A DNA stretch of 64,000 bases from Candidatus Omnitrophota bacterium (GTDB lineage Bacteria; Omnitrophota; Gorgyraeia; JAFGHF01): the NCBI GenBank assembly GCA_043805735.1, contig JAZDHS010000044.1, positions 4,829 through 68,828 on the forward strand. Direction: 5' to 3'. Each line of letters opens with the position of its first letter. The first letter of the stretch is position 1. Under the pieces are notes generated by a model. That model had not been told where the DNA came from and ran no database searches. It saw only the letters and a list, made by a program, of their open reading frames with translations. Position numbers and translations under genes: made by a program. Positions 18,987-29,158 of the stretch are shown here, one piece after another.

Positions 18987-19430
18987 ATGGAAGTAATCTT
19001 GAAGAAAAACGTGGAGAGAATCGGCCAGGCGGGCGATACTGTTTCGGTAAAAGACGGTTTCGCGCGCAATTATCTATTACCGCAAGGGCTCGCCCTGGCG
19101 GCGACGTCAGCCAATCTCAAAGTGATTGCCGTGGAAAAGAAAAAAGAGGCCCAGCGATTAGAAAAGGAAAAACTCCAGGCGCAAGAATTGGCGCAGAAAA
19201 TTAATGCCAGCTCCTGCACGATTACGGCCAAGGCCGGGGACGACGGCAAGCTTTTTGGCAGCGTTACTAATCAGGATATTGCCGACGCCTATAAAGCCGA
19301 AGGCATTACTCTTGACAAAAGAAAGATTGAGCTGCCGGAAAATATTAAAGAAGTCGGTGTGTTCAAGGTGGTAGTGAAGCTGCATCCGGAAGTGGCGGCT
19401 GAAGCCAAAATTTGGGTAGTTAAGGAATAA
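18987..19430 (+). CDS. rplI: 50S ribosomal protein L9
   Basis: MEVILKKNVE..G..GD.V.VKDGFARNYLLPQGLA. Confidence 0.9.
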   Translation: MEVILKKNVERIGQAGDTVSVKDGFARNYLLPQGLALAATSANLKVIAVEKKKEAQRLEKEKLQAQELAQKINASSCTITAKAGDDGKLFGSVTNQDIADAYKAEGITLDKRKIELPENIKEVGVFKVVVKLHPEVAAEAKIWVVKE

Positions 19431-19450
19431 AGCGATAGGCAATAAACAAG

Positions 19451-20818
19451 ATGGTCGTTGGTAATATCAATAAGAAAGATACTAAGGACATATCCTTAGA
19501 CAAGATCCCGCCGCAAAGTATCGAAGCGGAGGTGGCGGTGTTGGGTTCGATGCTCATCGAAGACGAGGCCCTTGGCCATGCGGTAGAGATTATCAAGCCC
19601 TCCTATTTCTATAAGGATGCCCACCGGAAAATCTTTGAAGCGATTATTGATTTATATAATGCCAACAAAGCCGTAGATTTGATTACGCTTACCGAGGAAC
19701 TAAAAAGACGCAACGAGCTTGACGATATCGGTGGGCCGGCCTATTTGACGGAATTGACTGCGGCTGTTCCGACCGCTGCCAATGTGCTCTATTACGCGAA
19801 AATTGTCAAAGAAAAAGCGATCTTGCGCACGTTAATTACCACCGCCACCCAGATTATCGCCCAAAGTTACGACGCCCAGCAGGATGCCAACTTTCTTTTA
19901 GATAATGCGGAAAAGCAGATTTTTGATATTTCCGGTTCGCAAATTTCCGGCGCCGCCGTCGCGATAAAAGAGATTATCAAAGACAGTATTGAGACTATCG
20001 AAGGATTTTACCGGCGCAAGGCCCATGTTACCGGCCTGCCTACCGGATTTGACGATTTGGATATGATGACCTCGGGGCTGCATAACAGCGAGTTAATTAT
20101 CGTTGCCGGCCGGCCCTCGATGGGTAAGAGCGCCCTGACTACCTGTATTGCCGAATACGTCGGGGTTCAGGAGCGCAAAGGCGTAGCCATCTTTAGTTTA
20201 GAAATGTCCAAAGAGCAGTTGGTGCAGAGGATGCTTTGTTCGCATGCGCGCGTGGAATTGCAGAAAGCGCGCAGCGGTTTTTTAACGCAGAGTGATTGGC
20301 CAAAACTGGTGACCGCGGCGGGAAAACTTGCCGAGGCCCCGATTTTTATCGATGATAGCGCCGGCTTAACGGCGTTGGAGCTGCGCGCCAAGGCCCGGCG
20401 GTTGAAGAGCCGCCACGATATCCAGCTGGTTATCGTCGACTATCTGCAATTGATGAGCGGCGCCTCCAGAATTGAAAACCGCCAGCAGGAGATTTCCGAC
20501 ATCTCGCGATCGCTAAAAACCTTGTCGAAAGAACTGAATATACCGATAATTGCCGTGAGCCAGCTTTCCCGGGCCCCGGAAAAAAGAGATACCAATAAGC
20601 CGCGGCTTTCTGACTTAAGAGAATCCGGCGCCATTGAACAGGATGCTGATGTAGTGTTCTTATTGTTCCGTGAAGAATATTATACGCCTAAAGACAACAA
20701 TAAAGGTATCACCGAAGTCAATGTGGCCAAACAGAGAAATGGCCCGGTGGGCCCGCAGAACTTATTATTTTTAAGCGAGTATACCAGATTTGAAAACCTA
20801 TCAAGACGGGAGGAATAG
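19451..20818 (+). CDS. dnaB: replicative DNA helicase
   Basis: PPQSIEAE.AVLGSML N-terminal domain, Walker A GRPSMGKSAL, and RecA-like domain; 455 aa. Confidence 0.9.
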   Translation: MVVGNINKKDTKDISLDKIPPQSIEAEVAVLGSMLIEDEALGHAVEIIKPSYFYKDAHRKIFEAIIDLYNANKAVDLITLTEELKRRNELDDIGGPAYLTELTAAVPTAANVLYYAKIVKEKAILRTLITTATQIIAQSYDAQQDANFLLDNAEKQIFDISGSQISGAAVAIKEIIKDSIETIEGFYRRKAHVTGLPTGFDDLDMMTSGLHNSELIIVAGRPSMGKSALTTCIAEYVGVQERKGVAIFSLEMSKEQLVQRMLCSHARVELQKARSGFLTQSDWPKLVTAAGKLAEAPIFIDDSAGLTALELRAKARRLKSRHDIQLVIVDYLQLMSGASRIENRQQEISDISRSLKTLSKELNIPIIAVSQLSRAPEKRDTNKPRLSDLRESGAIEQDADVVFLLFREEYYTPKDNNKGITEVNVAKQRNGPVGPQNLLFLSEYTRFENLSRREE

Positions 20819-20821
20819 CCC

Positions 20822-23131
20822 TTGAAGGCCAAGCGAATATTCATGATTCTAATGATGTGCGTTGCCTGCGTAGCCGGCAGTATTAATGCCTGGGCCCAGG
20901 AAGAGCAAACTGAAGAGCCCGAGAAACTGGTGACCAAGGTAGAGGCGCAAGGCAATAAGAATATCAGCAGCGCCACAATTATTGCCAAGGTGAGAACCAG
21001 AGAAGGCAAGCCTTTTTCTCAGATGGTGGCCAGCGATGATTTAAAGCGGCTCTATGCCTTAGGCTACTTTAGCGATATCAAGGTTGACCTGCAAGACGTT
21101 GCCGAAGGAGTAGTAGTTATTTTCCGCGTCAAAGAATTACCGGTTGTTTCCGCCATCGCTATTGCCGGTAACAGCTCGATTAAGACCGAAAAACTGCAAA
21201 AGCTGGTTCAGTCCAAGACCGAGGATTTTTTTAATCCCCAGCAGTTGAAGCAGGATATGCGCGATATCCAAAAGGCCTACGAGGAGAAAGGTTTTCCCTT
21301 AGCGAATATTGATTACGAAATGACCGTGGATGACCAGACGAATAAGGCGAATATCGCGATTAATATTCAGGAAAAAGAACGTGTTAAAATTAAGGAAATC
21401 TATATTGAAGGTAACGTGGCCTTTTCCGATAAAAAGATTCTCAAGCTGATGCGTACGCGTAAAGATATGCTCTTTACGTCCGGCGTGTATAAGAAAGAGG
21501 TCTTTGATCTCGACCTGGAAAAAGTCTCGGCGTTTTACCAGCAAAACGGATATCTGGACGTGAAGGTTAGTTCGGAGATATCTTATGGTGAAAAGCCCAG
21601 TCAAATGTTTCTTACGCTTAAAATCGATGAAGGAAAACAGTACCGTGTCGGTAACATCAGCATCGAGGGCACCGAGGTCTTTCCGGAACAGGCAGTGCAG
21701 GAGCGTCTGGCGATGAAACCGGAGGGGATCTTCAGCTATGACGAGCTTAAATATGACTTGGCTAATATTCAGGGATTTTATTTTGAAAAAGGGTACATTT
21801 CCGCGGCGGTGGCCGTGGACACACCGCTCAACGAACAAAGTGGCAAGATCGATATATTCTATAAGATTCAGGAAAATGAGCTTTCTTATATTGATAAAAT
21901 TAAGATCCGGGGCAATACTAAAACTAAAGATACCGTTATCCGGCGTGAACTGCGCGTTTATCCCGGCGAGCCTTTTGACGGCACGAAATTAAAACGCAGT
22001 AAAGAGCGGCTTTATAATTTGGGGTTTTTCCAGGAGATCAGCTATGAGACCGAGGCCGCAAAGGAGCCGGATAAAAAGGATTTAATCGTCAACGTTCAGG
22101 AGGCCAAGACCGGCGAATTTGCTTTCGGCGCGGGATTTAGCTCCGTCGAGCGGTTTGTCGGATTTGTCGAAGTGGCCCAGCGTAACTTTGATATCATGAA
22201 CTGGCAGACCTTTACCGGCGCCGGACAGGATTTACGGGCCAAGGTGGAGTTTGGTATGACCCGACGCGAATTTGATTTAAGTTTCACCGAGCCCTGGATC
22301 TTCGGCTATCCGCTGGAATTTGGTGTAGACGGGTATAATCGCGTCCGCGAGCGCTCCGGAGTAACCGGCTACAGCTATGACGAATCCCGGACCGGCGGCG
22401 ACCTGCGCCTGGGTAAGGAATTTACCGATATCTTCCGTGGCGACCTGATGTATAAGCTCGAGTCCGTAGATATTTCTAACGTTCCCGATGACGCCTCGGC
22501 ATCCCTGCTTGCTGAGACAGGCGAAACCACGATCAGTAGTATGACCTTGGCGCTGACGCGCGATACGCGCGACAATGTCTATAGCCCGACTAAAGGCTTG
22601 GTTTTATCCAGTTCCGGAGAAGTGGCCGGCGGTCCGTTTGGCTTTGACGAAGACTTCTTTAAAATTATCGGTTCGGCGGATCTATACCATACGCTCATTG
22701 AGCGGTTGCTGCTGGAGCTCAAAGTCGTTGCCGCCGGCGCAGGCACTTACAGCGATACGGATACGCTTCCGGTCTATGAACGTTTTTACGCCGGAGGTAC
22801 CAATAGTATTAGAGGGTATAAGGAACGTACGGTCGGCCCCAAGGATGTTTCCGGTGAACCCACCGGCGGAGAATCGACAATATATGGCAGCGCCGAATTG
22901 ACCTATCCCATTTTTGACATGATTAAAGTGGCTACCTTTTGTGATTTTGGCAACGTCTGGGAAAAATTAGGCAATATCGGCAGCGGCGATTACCGTTACA
23001 GTGCCGGCGTTGGGGTGAGGGTAAAAACCCCGATGGGCCCGGTTAAGTTAGATTATGGCTATCCTTTAAAAGTTGATCCCGGTGAAGACCAGGAAGGCCG
23101 TTTCCATTTTAGTATGAGTAGAGGATTCTAA
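20822..23131 (+). CDS. bamA: outer membrane protein assembly factor BamA
   Basis: Signal peptide, repeated POTRA-like units, and a C-terminal Omp85 beta-barrel ending ...RFHFSMSRGF. Start is TTG at 20822 or a downstream ATG. Confidence 0.85.
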   Translation: MKAKRIFMILMMCVACVAGSINAWAQEEQTEEPEKLVTKVEAQGNKNISSATIIAKVRTREGKPFSQMVASDDLKRLYALGYFSDIKVDLQDVAEGVVVIFRVKELPVVSAIAIAGNSSIKTEKLQKLVQSKTEDFFNPQQLKQDMRDIQKAYEEKGFPLANIDYEMTVDDQTNKANIAINIQEKERVKIKEIYIEGNVAFSDKKILKLMRTRKDMLFTSGVYKKEVFDLDLEKVSAFYQQNGYLDVKVSSEISYGEKPSQMFLTLKIDEGKQYRVGNISIEGTEVFPEQAVQERLAMKPEGIFSYDELKYDLANIQGFYFEKGYISAAVAVDTPLNEQSGKIDIFYKIQENELSYIDKIKIRGNTKTKDTVIRRELRVYPGEPFDGTKLKRSKERLYNLGFFQEISYETEAAKEPDKKDLIVNVQEAKTGEFAFGAGFSSVERFVGFVEVAQRNFDIMNWQTFTGAGQDLRAKVEFGMTRREFDLSFTEPWIFGYPLEFGVDGYNRVRERSGVTGYSYDESRTGGDLRLGKEFTDIFRGDLMYKLESVDISNVPDDASASLLAETGETTISSMTLALTRDTRDNVYSPTKGLVLSSSGEVAGGPFGFDEDFFKIIGSADLYHTLIERLLLELKVVAAGAGTYSDTDTLPVYERFYAGGTNSIRGYKERTVGPKDVSGEPTGGESTIYGSAELTYPIFDMIKVATFCDFGNVWEKLGNIGSGDYRYSAGVGVRVKTPMGPVKLDYGYPLKVDPGEDQEGRFHFSMSRGF

Positions 23132-23152
23132 ACGTAGAAAGAGAGGAAAGAA

Positions 23153-23659
23153 ATGCGCAATATTATTACAGTACTGGTGTTAATTGTGGCTCTGTGTAGT
23201 TGGACTACCATTGCCCAGGCCCAGGAGATAAAGATCGGTTATATCAATTTGAAAAAGTTGCTCGATGATTATAAGAAGGTAGCCGACGGCGAAGGCGTGC
23301 TCTTAAAGCAGGCCGAGGGTAAAAACGCAGAGCGGGAAAAGATGGTTAACGACATTAAGGCCTTGCGGGAAAAAATCGAGCTGATGGATGAAAAGCAAAA
23401 AGTAGCCAAGCAGACCGAGCTGGATGATAAGGTAAAAGCGTTACAGGATTATACCTACCAGACGCGGGCCGACCTGCGCCAGGACCGCGACGAAAAATTC
23501 CGCGAAATTATGCAAGAGATCAAGACGGTAATCGAAGAATACGGCAAAAGCAATAATTATAATCTCATTCTTGATGATACCCTGATTTTGTATAAGCAGG
23601 AAACCCTCGACGTTACTGAGCCGGTTGTCAAGATGCTCAACGAGCGGTATAAGCAGTAA
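23153..23659 (+). CDS. skp: OmpH/Skp periplasmic chaperone
   Basis: 168 aa with a signal peptide and K/E/Q-rich coiled-coil; conserved bamA–skp–lpxD order. Confidence 0.75.
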   Translation: MRNIITVLVLIVALCSWTTIAQAQEIKIGYINLKKLLDDYKKVADGEGVLLKQAEGKNAEREKMVNDIKALREKIELMDEKQKVAKQTELDDKVKALQDYTYQTRADLRQDRDEKFREIMQEIKTVIEEYGKSNNYNLILDDTLILYKQETLDVTEPVVKMLNERYKQ

Positions 23660-23682
23660 GGAGATTATTAAAACAACGTAAG

Positions 23683-24756
23683 ATGAAAAAGTCCTTGGCG
23701 GAATTAGCGAAAATTGTGGATGGCGAGGTAGTCGGCGATAGCGCGCTCACCGTAAGTGGCGTTTCGGGAATTAAAGAAGCCTCACCGGGTGAGATTGCCT
23801 TCTTGGCCAATCCGAAATATGCCGCGCTTTTGGAAACGACTCAGGCGACGGCAATTATCACTTCCAAAGAAATCACCCGCGCCCCTAAAGCGATTATCCG
23901 TACGGAAAATCCATCACTGGCTTTCGCCAAGATTGTTTCTTTGTTTGCTCCCGATGCCGTGGAGCGCCCCCAAGGCATACACGCCAGCGCTGTAGTTGGT
24001 AAAAACGTCAAGCTCGGTAAGGGCGTAGCGATTCAGGCTCATTGCGTGGTGGAAGATAACGCGCAAATCGGTGACCAGACTATCCTCTACGCCGGTGTTT
24101 ACGTGGGCCAACAGGTTAAGATTGGCGCTAACTGTGTAATTTATCCCCATGTTTCCGTCCGGGAAAGAGTAATTATCGGTAACCGCGTGATTATTCATAA
24201 CGGTGCGGTAATTGGCAGCGATGGCTTTGGCTACGCCAGCGTCGCCGGCATGCACCAGAAGATTCCCCAGATTGGCACGGTAGTCATTGAAGATGACGTC
24301 GAGATTGGCGCAAATGTAACTATTGACCGGGCGCGCTTTGATAAAACCATGATTGGCCGGGGCACGAAGATCGATAACTTGGTCCAGATTGCCCATAACG
24401 TCGTTATCGGCGAAAACTCAATTATTGTCGCCCAGGCGGGAATTTCCGGAAGCACGGTAATCGGTAAAAACGTCACCGTTGCCGGACAGGCCGGAATAGT
24501 CGGGCATATCAGTATTGGCGATGACGCCGTCGTGGCCGCCCAGGCCGGGGTCACCAAAAGCGTGCCGCCACGAACCTGTGTATCAGGGTATCCCGCTAAA
24601 CCCCATAACGTGGCCAAGCGGATTAATGCCTATGTCCAAAGACTGCCGGAATTATTCCTAAAAGTGTCAGAGATTGAAAAAAAGGTAAACGAGGCGAACA
24701 ACTCCTCATGGAAAAGCAAAGAACGATCAAAAAAGAAGCAAAGGTCAGCGGCGTAG
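23683..24756 (+). CDS. lpxD: UDP-3-O-(3-hydroxyacyl)glucosamine N-acyltransferase
   Basis: N-terminal LpxD domain plus left-handed beta-helix hexapeptide repeats (IG..V.IG..). Confidence 0.85.
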   Translation: MKKSLAELAKIVDGEVVGDSALTVSGVSGIKEASPGEIAFLANPKYAALLETTQATAIITSKEITRAPKAIIRTENPSLAFAKIVSLFAPDAVERPQGIHASAVVGKNVKLGKGVAIQAHCVVEDNAQIGDQTILYAGVYVGQQVKIGANCVIYPHVSVRERVIIGNRVIIHNGAVIGSDGFGYASVAGMHQKIPQIGTVVIEDDVEIGANVTIDRARFDKTMIGRGTKIDNLVQIAHNVVIGENSIIVAQAGISGSTVIGKNVTVAGQAGIVGHISIGDDAVVAAQAGVTKSVPPRTCVSGYPAKPHNVAKRINAYVQRLPELFLKVSEIEKKVNEANNSSWKSKERSKKKQRSAA

Positions 24757-26024
24757 GCATCCACACCGGTAAAAAGGTGGAGCTTACTTTTAAGCCTGCG
24801 GCGCCCGATACGGGGATTATGTTTAGGCGCTGCGATTTGCCGGGAAGCCCTGAGATTCACGCCGTGATAGCTTCGGTTTTGGAAAAAAGCCTGCAGTTAA
24901 GGCGCACATCATTGGGCAACGGCCGGGCCGAAGTGCACACCGTGGAACACCTCTTATCGGCGCTTTTTGGCGCCGGTATCGATAATATTATCGTCGAAAT
25001 AAATTCCGAAGAAGTGCCGGCGCTCAACGGAGGCGCTTCCGAATTTCACCGGATTTTCTCCCAGGCTGGAATTATTGAGCTCGCCCCGCCAAAAAATACC
25101 TTTACCGTACGAGAGCCGCTGTGGCTGGGGGAAGGCGATTCCTTCCTTTCGGTTTTTCCCGACGAGCAGTTTCGCATTTCTTATACCTTAAGTTATCCTA
25201 AAACGAACTTGCACCAGTATTTAAATCTGGTGATCAATGAACAAAGTTATACCAAGGAGCTTGCCCCCTGCAAGACCTTCTGTCTGGAAAGTGAGATCGA
25301 GCAGCTGCGCAAGCAAGGCTTAGGCAAGGGCGCGACCACAGAAAATACTATCGTGGTTGGCAAAAACGGGGTGGTCAAGGGTACGCCCACCTTTCCCGAT
25401 GAATTCGCCCGGCATAAGGTCTTGGATTTAATTGGCGACTTCTGTCTTTTGGCGCCGGCGATTAAAGGGCACGTGGTGGCGGTAAAAAGCGGCCATACGC
25501 TCAATATTAAATTTTTGCAGAAGCTCAGCGGCCTGGCGAAAGCCGGGTTAGTCCAAGACACGGCGAAAAAAAGGGGCACGGTCGCCCCGCCTTTTGATAT
25601 CGAGAAGATTATGGCGGTGCTGCCGCACCGTTATCCTTTTCTTCTGGTCGACCGGGCGATTGAATTTAGCGCCGACCAGCACATTACTTGCATCAAAAAT
25701 GTGACGATTAACGAGCAGTTTTTTACCGGTCATTTTCCCGGCCGGCCGGTGATGCCCGGCGTTTTAATTATTGAGGCGATGGCTCAGGCCGCGGGGATCT
25801 TGATGCTTTCCCGCCAGGATAATCGGGGAAAACTAGCCTACTTCATGACGATGGATAATGTAAAATTCCGCAAGACCGTTATTCCCGGCGACCAGCTGGT
25901 GCTGGATATCGACGTAGTACGGATCAAATCAAGGATGATTCAAATTCGCGGCCAGGCCCTGGTTGATGGTAAGACCGTAGCCGAGGCCGATTTAATGTTT
26001 ACCTTGGTGCCCAAAAATGAATGA
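24708..26024 (+). CDS. bifunctional UDP-3-O-acyl-GlcNAc deacetylase / 3-hydroxyacyl-ACP dehydratase (LpxC–FabZ fusion)
   Basis: N-terminal half is LpxC ([11 protein letters not shown]...PA...GI.F.R.DL ; [10 protein letters not shown]). C-terminal half is FabZ hot-dog (LLVDR..E.....[25 protein letters not shown]). Confidence 0.85.
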   Translation: MEKQRTIKKEAKVSGVGIHTGKKVELTFKPAAPDTGIMFRRCDLPGSPEIHAVIASVLEKSLQLRRTSLGNGRAEVHTVEHLLSALFGAGIDNIIVEINSEEVPALNGGASEFHRIFSQAGIIELAPPKNTFTVREPLWLGEGDSFLSVFPDEQFRISYTLSYPKTNLHQYLNLVINEQSYTKELAPCKTFCLESEIEQLRKQGLGKGATTENTIVVGKNGVVKGTPTFPDEFARHKVLDLIGDFCLLAPAIKGHVVAVKSGHTLNIKFLQKLSGLAKAGLVQDTAKKRGTVAPPFDIEKIMAVLPHRYPFLLVDRAIEFSADQHITCIKNVTINEQFFTGHFPGRPVMPGVLIIEAMAQAAGILMLSRQDNRGKLAYFMTMDNVKFRKTVIPGDQLVLDIDVVRIKSRMIQIRGQALVDGKTVAEADLMFTLVPKNE

Positions 26025-26799
26025 GACCAATATCCAATCTACCGCCCAGATTTCACCCGGAGCACAAATAGCTGATGATGCTGAAATCGGCCATTACGCG
26101 ATTATCGGCCCGGAAGTAAAAATCGGTGCCGGTACAAAGGTTGGCGACCATTGTGTGATTACCGGCACCACGACCATTGGCCGGAATAACCAGATTTTTA
26201 CCGGCGCGGTCATCGGTAGTATACCCCAGGATAAAAAATACCAGGGCGAAAAAACCGAATTGGTTATCGGTGACGATAACATTATCCGGGAATACGCGAC
26301 CATTAATTTAGGCACCGCGGCCAATCTTAAAACCGTAGTCGGCAACAACAATTTGATCATGGCCTATGCCCATATTGCCCACGACTGCGTTATTGGTAAT
26401 AATGTGGTGATGGCCAATGTCGCCACGCTCGCTGGACACATTATTATTGAAGACCGGGCCACGCTCGGGGGCTTAGCGGCCGTTCATCAGTTTGTGCGCA
26501 TTGGCACCTTAGCTATTGTCGGCGGATGCTCCAAGGTGATCCAGGATATCCCGCCTTATTCAATGTGCGATGGCCATCCCGCCAGCGTCCACGGCCTAAA
26601 TAAAGTCGGCCTGGAACGTCAAGGGATCAGCAAAGAGACCAGGACTCAGCTTAAGCATGCCTTCACGATTCTTTTTAGCTCGGGGCTGACTATTCCTCAT
26701 GCGCTCAAAAAAGTCGAGGAAGAGGTTGATCTTAAGCTTCCCGAGGTCCTACACCTGGTTAATTTTATCAAAAATTCCGAACGCGGGGTGTGCCGGTAA
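26017..26799 (+). CDS. lpxA: acyl-ACP–UDP-GlcNAc O-acyltransferase
   Basis: Hexapeptide-repeat beta-helix with an LpxA C-terminal helical domain; 260 aa. Confidence 0.85.
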   Translation: MNETNIQSTAQISPGAQIADDAEIGHYAIIGPEVKIGAGTKVGDHCVITGTTTIGRNNQIFTGAVIGSIPQDKKYQGEKTELVIGDDNIIREYATINLGTAANLKTVVGNNNLIMAYAHIAHDCVIGNNVVMANVATLAGHIIIEDRATLGGLAAVHQFVRIGTLAIVGGCSKVIQDIPPYSMCDGHPASVHGLNKVGLERQGISKETRTQLKHAFTILFSSGLTIPHALKKVEEEVDLKLPEVLHLVNFIKNSERGVCR

Positions 26800-27611
26800 C
26801 CACGATGAGTGAACGTATTGGTTTGATTGCGGGAAACGGACAGTTTCCCGTTCTTTTTGCCCAGGCGGCCCGCAAGAAAGGCAAGGAAGTCATTGCGATT
26901 GCGGTTCGTGAGGAAACCGACCCAGAGCTGGAAAAGTATGTCCAGCAGATTTACTGGATTGGCGTAGGCAACTTAAAAGAGTTTTTTGAAATTTTAAAAA
27001 AAGAAAATTTGAAAAAAATAGTGATGGCCGGGCAAATCCGGCCGGCGCATTTGTTTGCGAAAGAGACGCGGATGGATGAGCACCTGAAAAGCTTCTTGAG
27101 CGCGGTTAAGGATAAACGGGCCAATTCTCTTTTAGGCGGCGTGGCCCGGCTGTTACGCCTCAAAGGGATCAAGCTTTTGGACTCCACGCTGTATTTAAAG
27201 GAACACCTTGTCCGCCGGGGAGTACTGACCAGCAGTTCACCTACTCACCAACAATGGGAAGATATCCGTTTTGGCCGCTATATCGCCAAGCGCATCGGCG
27301 CCTTGGATATTGGCCAGACCGTGGTCGTAAAAGATAAAGCCATTTTGGCTATTGAGGCGATTGAAGGGACGGACCAGGTGATTGCCCGCGGGGGAATGCT
27401 GGCGCGAGAAGGCGCGGTAGTAGTAAAAATGGCCAAGCCCCGCCAGGATATGCGTTTTGACGTTCCGCTCATTGGCCCCAAGACGCTGGAATCCTGCGCC
27501 CGCGCCGGCTGTTCAGTATTAGCCATGGAGGCCGGCAAAACCCTGCTCTTGGAAAAAGAAAACTGCCTTGAGCTGGCTGAAAAACACCACCTCTGCCTCG
27601 TCGGTATCTAA
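26790..27611 (+). CDS. lpxI: UDP-2,3-diacylglucosamine hydrolase LpxI (DUF1009)
   Basis: RIGLIAGNGQFPVLFAQAARKKGKEVIAIAV resembles the LpxI N-terminus; position directly after lpxA. Confidence 0.65.
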   Translation: MPVTTMSERIGLIAGNGQFPVLFAQAARKKGKEVIAIAVREETDPELEKYVQQIYWIGVGNLKEFFEILKKENLKKIVMAGQIRPAHLFAKETRMDEHLKSFLSAVKDKRANSLLGGVARLLRLKGIKLLDSTLYLKEHLVRRGVLTSSSPTHQQWEDIRFGRYIAKRIGALDIGQTVVVKDKAILAIEAIEGTDQVIARGGMLAREGAVVVKMAKPRQDMRFDVPLIGPKTLESCARAGCSVLAMEAGKTLLLEKENCLELAEKHHLCLVGI

Positions 27612-27641
27612 CTCACCCTTTAACCTTATGCTAATTAGCTC

Positions 27642-27825
27642 GGTGTTTTTGCTCGCTCGCTGAAATTTTTCGCCGAGTTGTGGCACTTAGCGGCTCGAAA
27701 ATTTGGCGAAATTCCCTCGTCAGAATATAATTTGGCGTAACTCGGTCAGTTTCGCCATTTTCTCGCCGTAAGTGCTCACAACTCCTTTGCCGAAAAATTT
27801 CTGAGGCTCGCTCCGCAAAAACACC
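27642..27825. ncRNA. 184-nt long imperfect hairpin (candidate structured ncRNA or MITE-like element), unit 1
   Basis: 5' arm ggtgtttttgc..aaatttttcg..ttgtg.gcactta..aaaat.ggcgaaa is almost exactly the reverse complement of the 3' arm ending caaaaacacc at 27825. Two internal bubbles and a ~38-nt apical region. Strand undetermined. Confidence 0.4.
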
Positions 27826-27843
27826 TCGCCTGATGATTTGATT

Positions 27844-28004
27844 GGGCGGGTGCCTGGGATTTTCGGAGCGGGGCGTTGCGGAGGCCGAGCGGGCATGGTT
27901 CGCCAGCTAATGCCACTATGCGAGAGCGAGGCCGGAGCCGAGTGAGTTTGCCACGCTGGGGCAAACGAACGTCCCCGCGAGAAAATCCCAGGCAGGACCC
28001 GCCC
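27844..28004. ncRNA. 161-nt long imperfect hairpin, unit 2 (adjacent to unit 1)
   Basis: gggcgggt(g)cctgggattttc pairs with gaaaatcccagg(cag)gacccgccc; gcggggcgtt pairs with aacgtccccgc; an inner hairpin gtttgcc-acgctgg-ggcaaac is visible. Confidence 0.4.
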
Positions 28005-28026
28005 GATAACGGATATATGCAAACGT

Positions 28027-28054
28027 TTACTTTTTAGCTATTCCGCTGTATAAT
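28027..28054 (+). promoter_or_regulatory. sigma70-like promoter (TTTACT-16-TGTATAAT) giving a leaderless or near-leaderless transcript for rSAM copy 2
   Basis: -10 TATAAT at 28049-54 is preceded by TG; the ATG at 28064 is only ~10 nt downstream and has no SD. Confidence 0.4.
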
Positions 28055-28063
28055 AAAAAAGAT

Positions 28064-29158
28064 ATGTATAAGAAATTATTAGGGTTTATTTTATGCTGGT
28101 GTTTGCTATTGCCGGCGCAGGCGGTGGCGGCGCAAAAGCCGCTGCCAGAGAATGCTCGCGAGGCATCGTATTATCAGCAGATCGACGCGCTGACGGTGCA
28201 ATGCCAGCTTTGCCCGCATAGCTGTCTGCTGACGGAAGGCCTGCGCGGAATCTGCCGGGTGCGCGAATCGCGGGGCGGAAAGCTCTATACGCTGGCCTAT
28301 GCCAATCCCTGCACCTACCACATCGACCCGATCGAAAAAAAGCCAGTTTACCACGTGTTGCCTGGCTCGGTAGTGTTCTCAATTGCCACCGCCGGTTGCA
28401 ACTTGCGTTGCAAGTTTTGCCAGAACTGGAACATCTCGCAGCGTGCCCCCGAAGAGGTAGACAGTATCAAGATGAACCCCGAAGAAGTAGTCGCCGCGGC
28501 AATCCGCAGCGGCTGCACTGCCGTTGCCTATACCTATACCGAGCCGATTGTCTTTTATGAGTATATGCTCGACACCGCCAAACTCGCCCGCGCAAAGGGC
28601 TTAAAAAACATTATGGTCACCGCCGGTTACATTAACGAAGAGCCGTTACGGGCCTTATGTAAATATATTGACGTAATCAAAGTAGACTTTAAGAGCATCG
28701 ATGAAAATTATCTGATAAAAGTTTGCGGCGAAAAACTGGAGCCGCTGTTACGCACGCTTAAAGTGATCAAAGAAGAGGGGGTCTGGCTGGAGGTGGTCAA
28801 TTTAATCGTGCCGACCTTAAATGACAATATGGAAACAATCAAAAAGATGTGCGTTTGGATTAAAGATAACTTAGGCGATGAGGTGCCGCTGCATTTTTCC
28901 CGTTTTAGCCCTAATTACCAATTAAAAAATCTCTTTATGACCCCGCTGGCCACCTTAGAGCAGGCGAAAAAGACCGCCGAAGACGTAGGTTTGAAATTTG
29001 TCTATATTGGCAATGTTCCCGGCCACCCCGCTGAGCACACCTACTGCCCGGACTGTAAAGCCCTGCTCGTTGAACGGATCGGCTACTCGATTAAACAGAA
29101 TAATATCGCCGATGGAAAATGTAAATTCTGTGGGCGCGCCATTCCCGGAATTTGGTAA
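28064..29158 (+). CDS. radical SAM enzyme, PflA-like, AmmeMemoRadiSam-system type (copy 2) with N-terminal signal/anchor and C-terminal zinc ribbon
   Basis: Same core as copy 1 (CQLCPHSC ; IEKKPVYHV.PGS ; GCNLRCKFCQNW). Preceded by a hydrophobic N-terminus MYKKLLGFILCWCLLLPAQAVAA and followed by CPDC...CKFC. Confidence 0.7.
   Translation: MYKKLLGFILCWCLLLPAQAVAAQKPLPENAREASYYQQIDALTVQCQLCPHSCLLTEGLRGICRVRESRGGKLYTLAYANPCTYHIDPIEKKPVYHVLPGSVVFSIATAGCNLRCKFCQNWNISQRAPEEVDSIKMNPEEVVAAAIRSGCTAVAYTYTEPIVFYEYMLDTAKLARAKGLKNIMVTAGYINEEPLRALCKYIDVIKVDFKSIDENYLIKVCGEKLEPLLRTLKVIKEEGVWLEVVNLIVPTLNDNMETIKKMCVWIKDNLGDEVPLHFSRFSPNYQLKNLFMTPLATLEQAKKTAEDVGLKFVYIGNVPGHPAEHTYCPDCKALLVERIGYSIKQNNIADGKCKFCGRAIPGIW

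Noticed and set aside
21299-21838. 179-aa minus-strand ORF inside bamA
   Set aside because: Antisense to the POTRA-domain region of BamA, with no domain similarity and no RBS. Called spurious.
27642-28004. Identification of the twin hairpins as RNase P RNA, tmRNA or SRP RNA
   Set aside because: No P4-type GGAAAGUCCGG/ACAGAAACCCGGCUUA, no tmRNA 5'/3' tRNA-like ends, and no SRP domain-IV GGAAGCAGCC motif on either strand. The 6S-like length of unit 1 is noted, but the bubbles are not centrally placed as in canonical 6S.
27720-28022. 100-aa minus-strand ORF inside the lpxI–rSAM intergenic region
   Set aside because: The translation is Pro/Arg/Ser/Ala low-complexity, typical of reading through GC-rich inverted repeats. 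The region is better explained as two long RNA-like hairpins.
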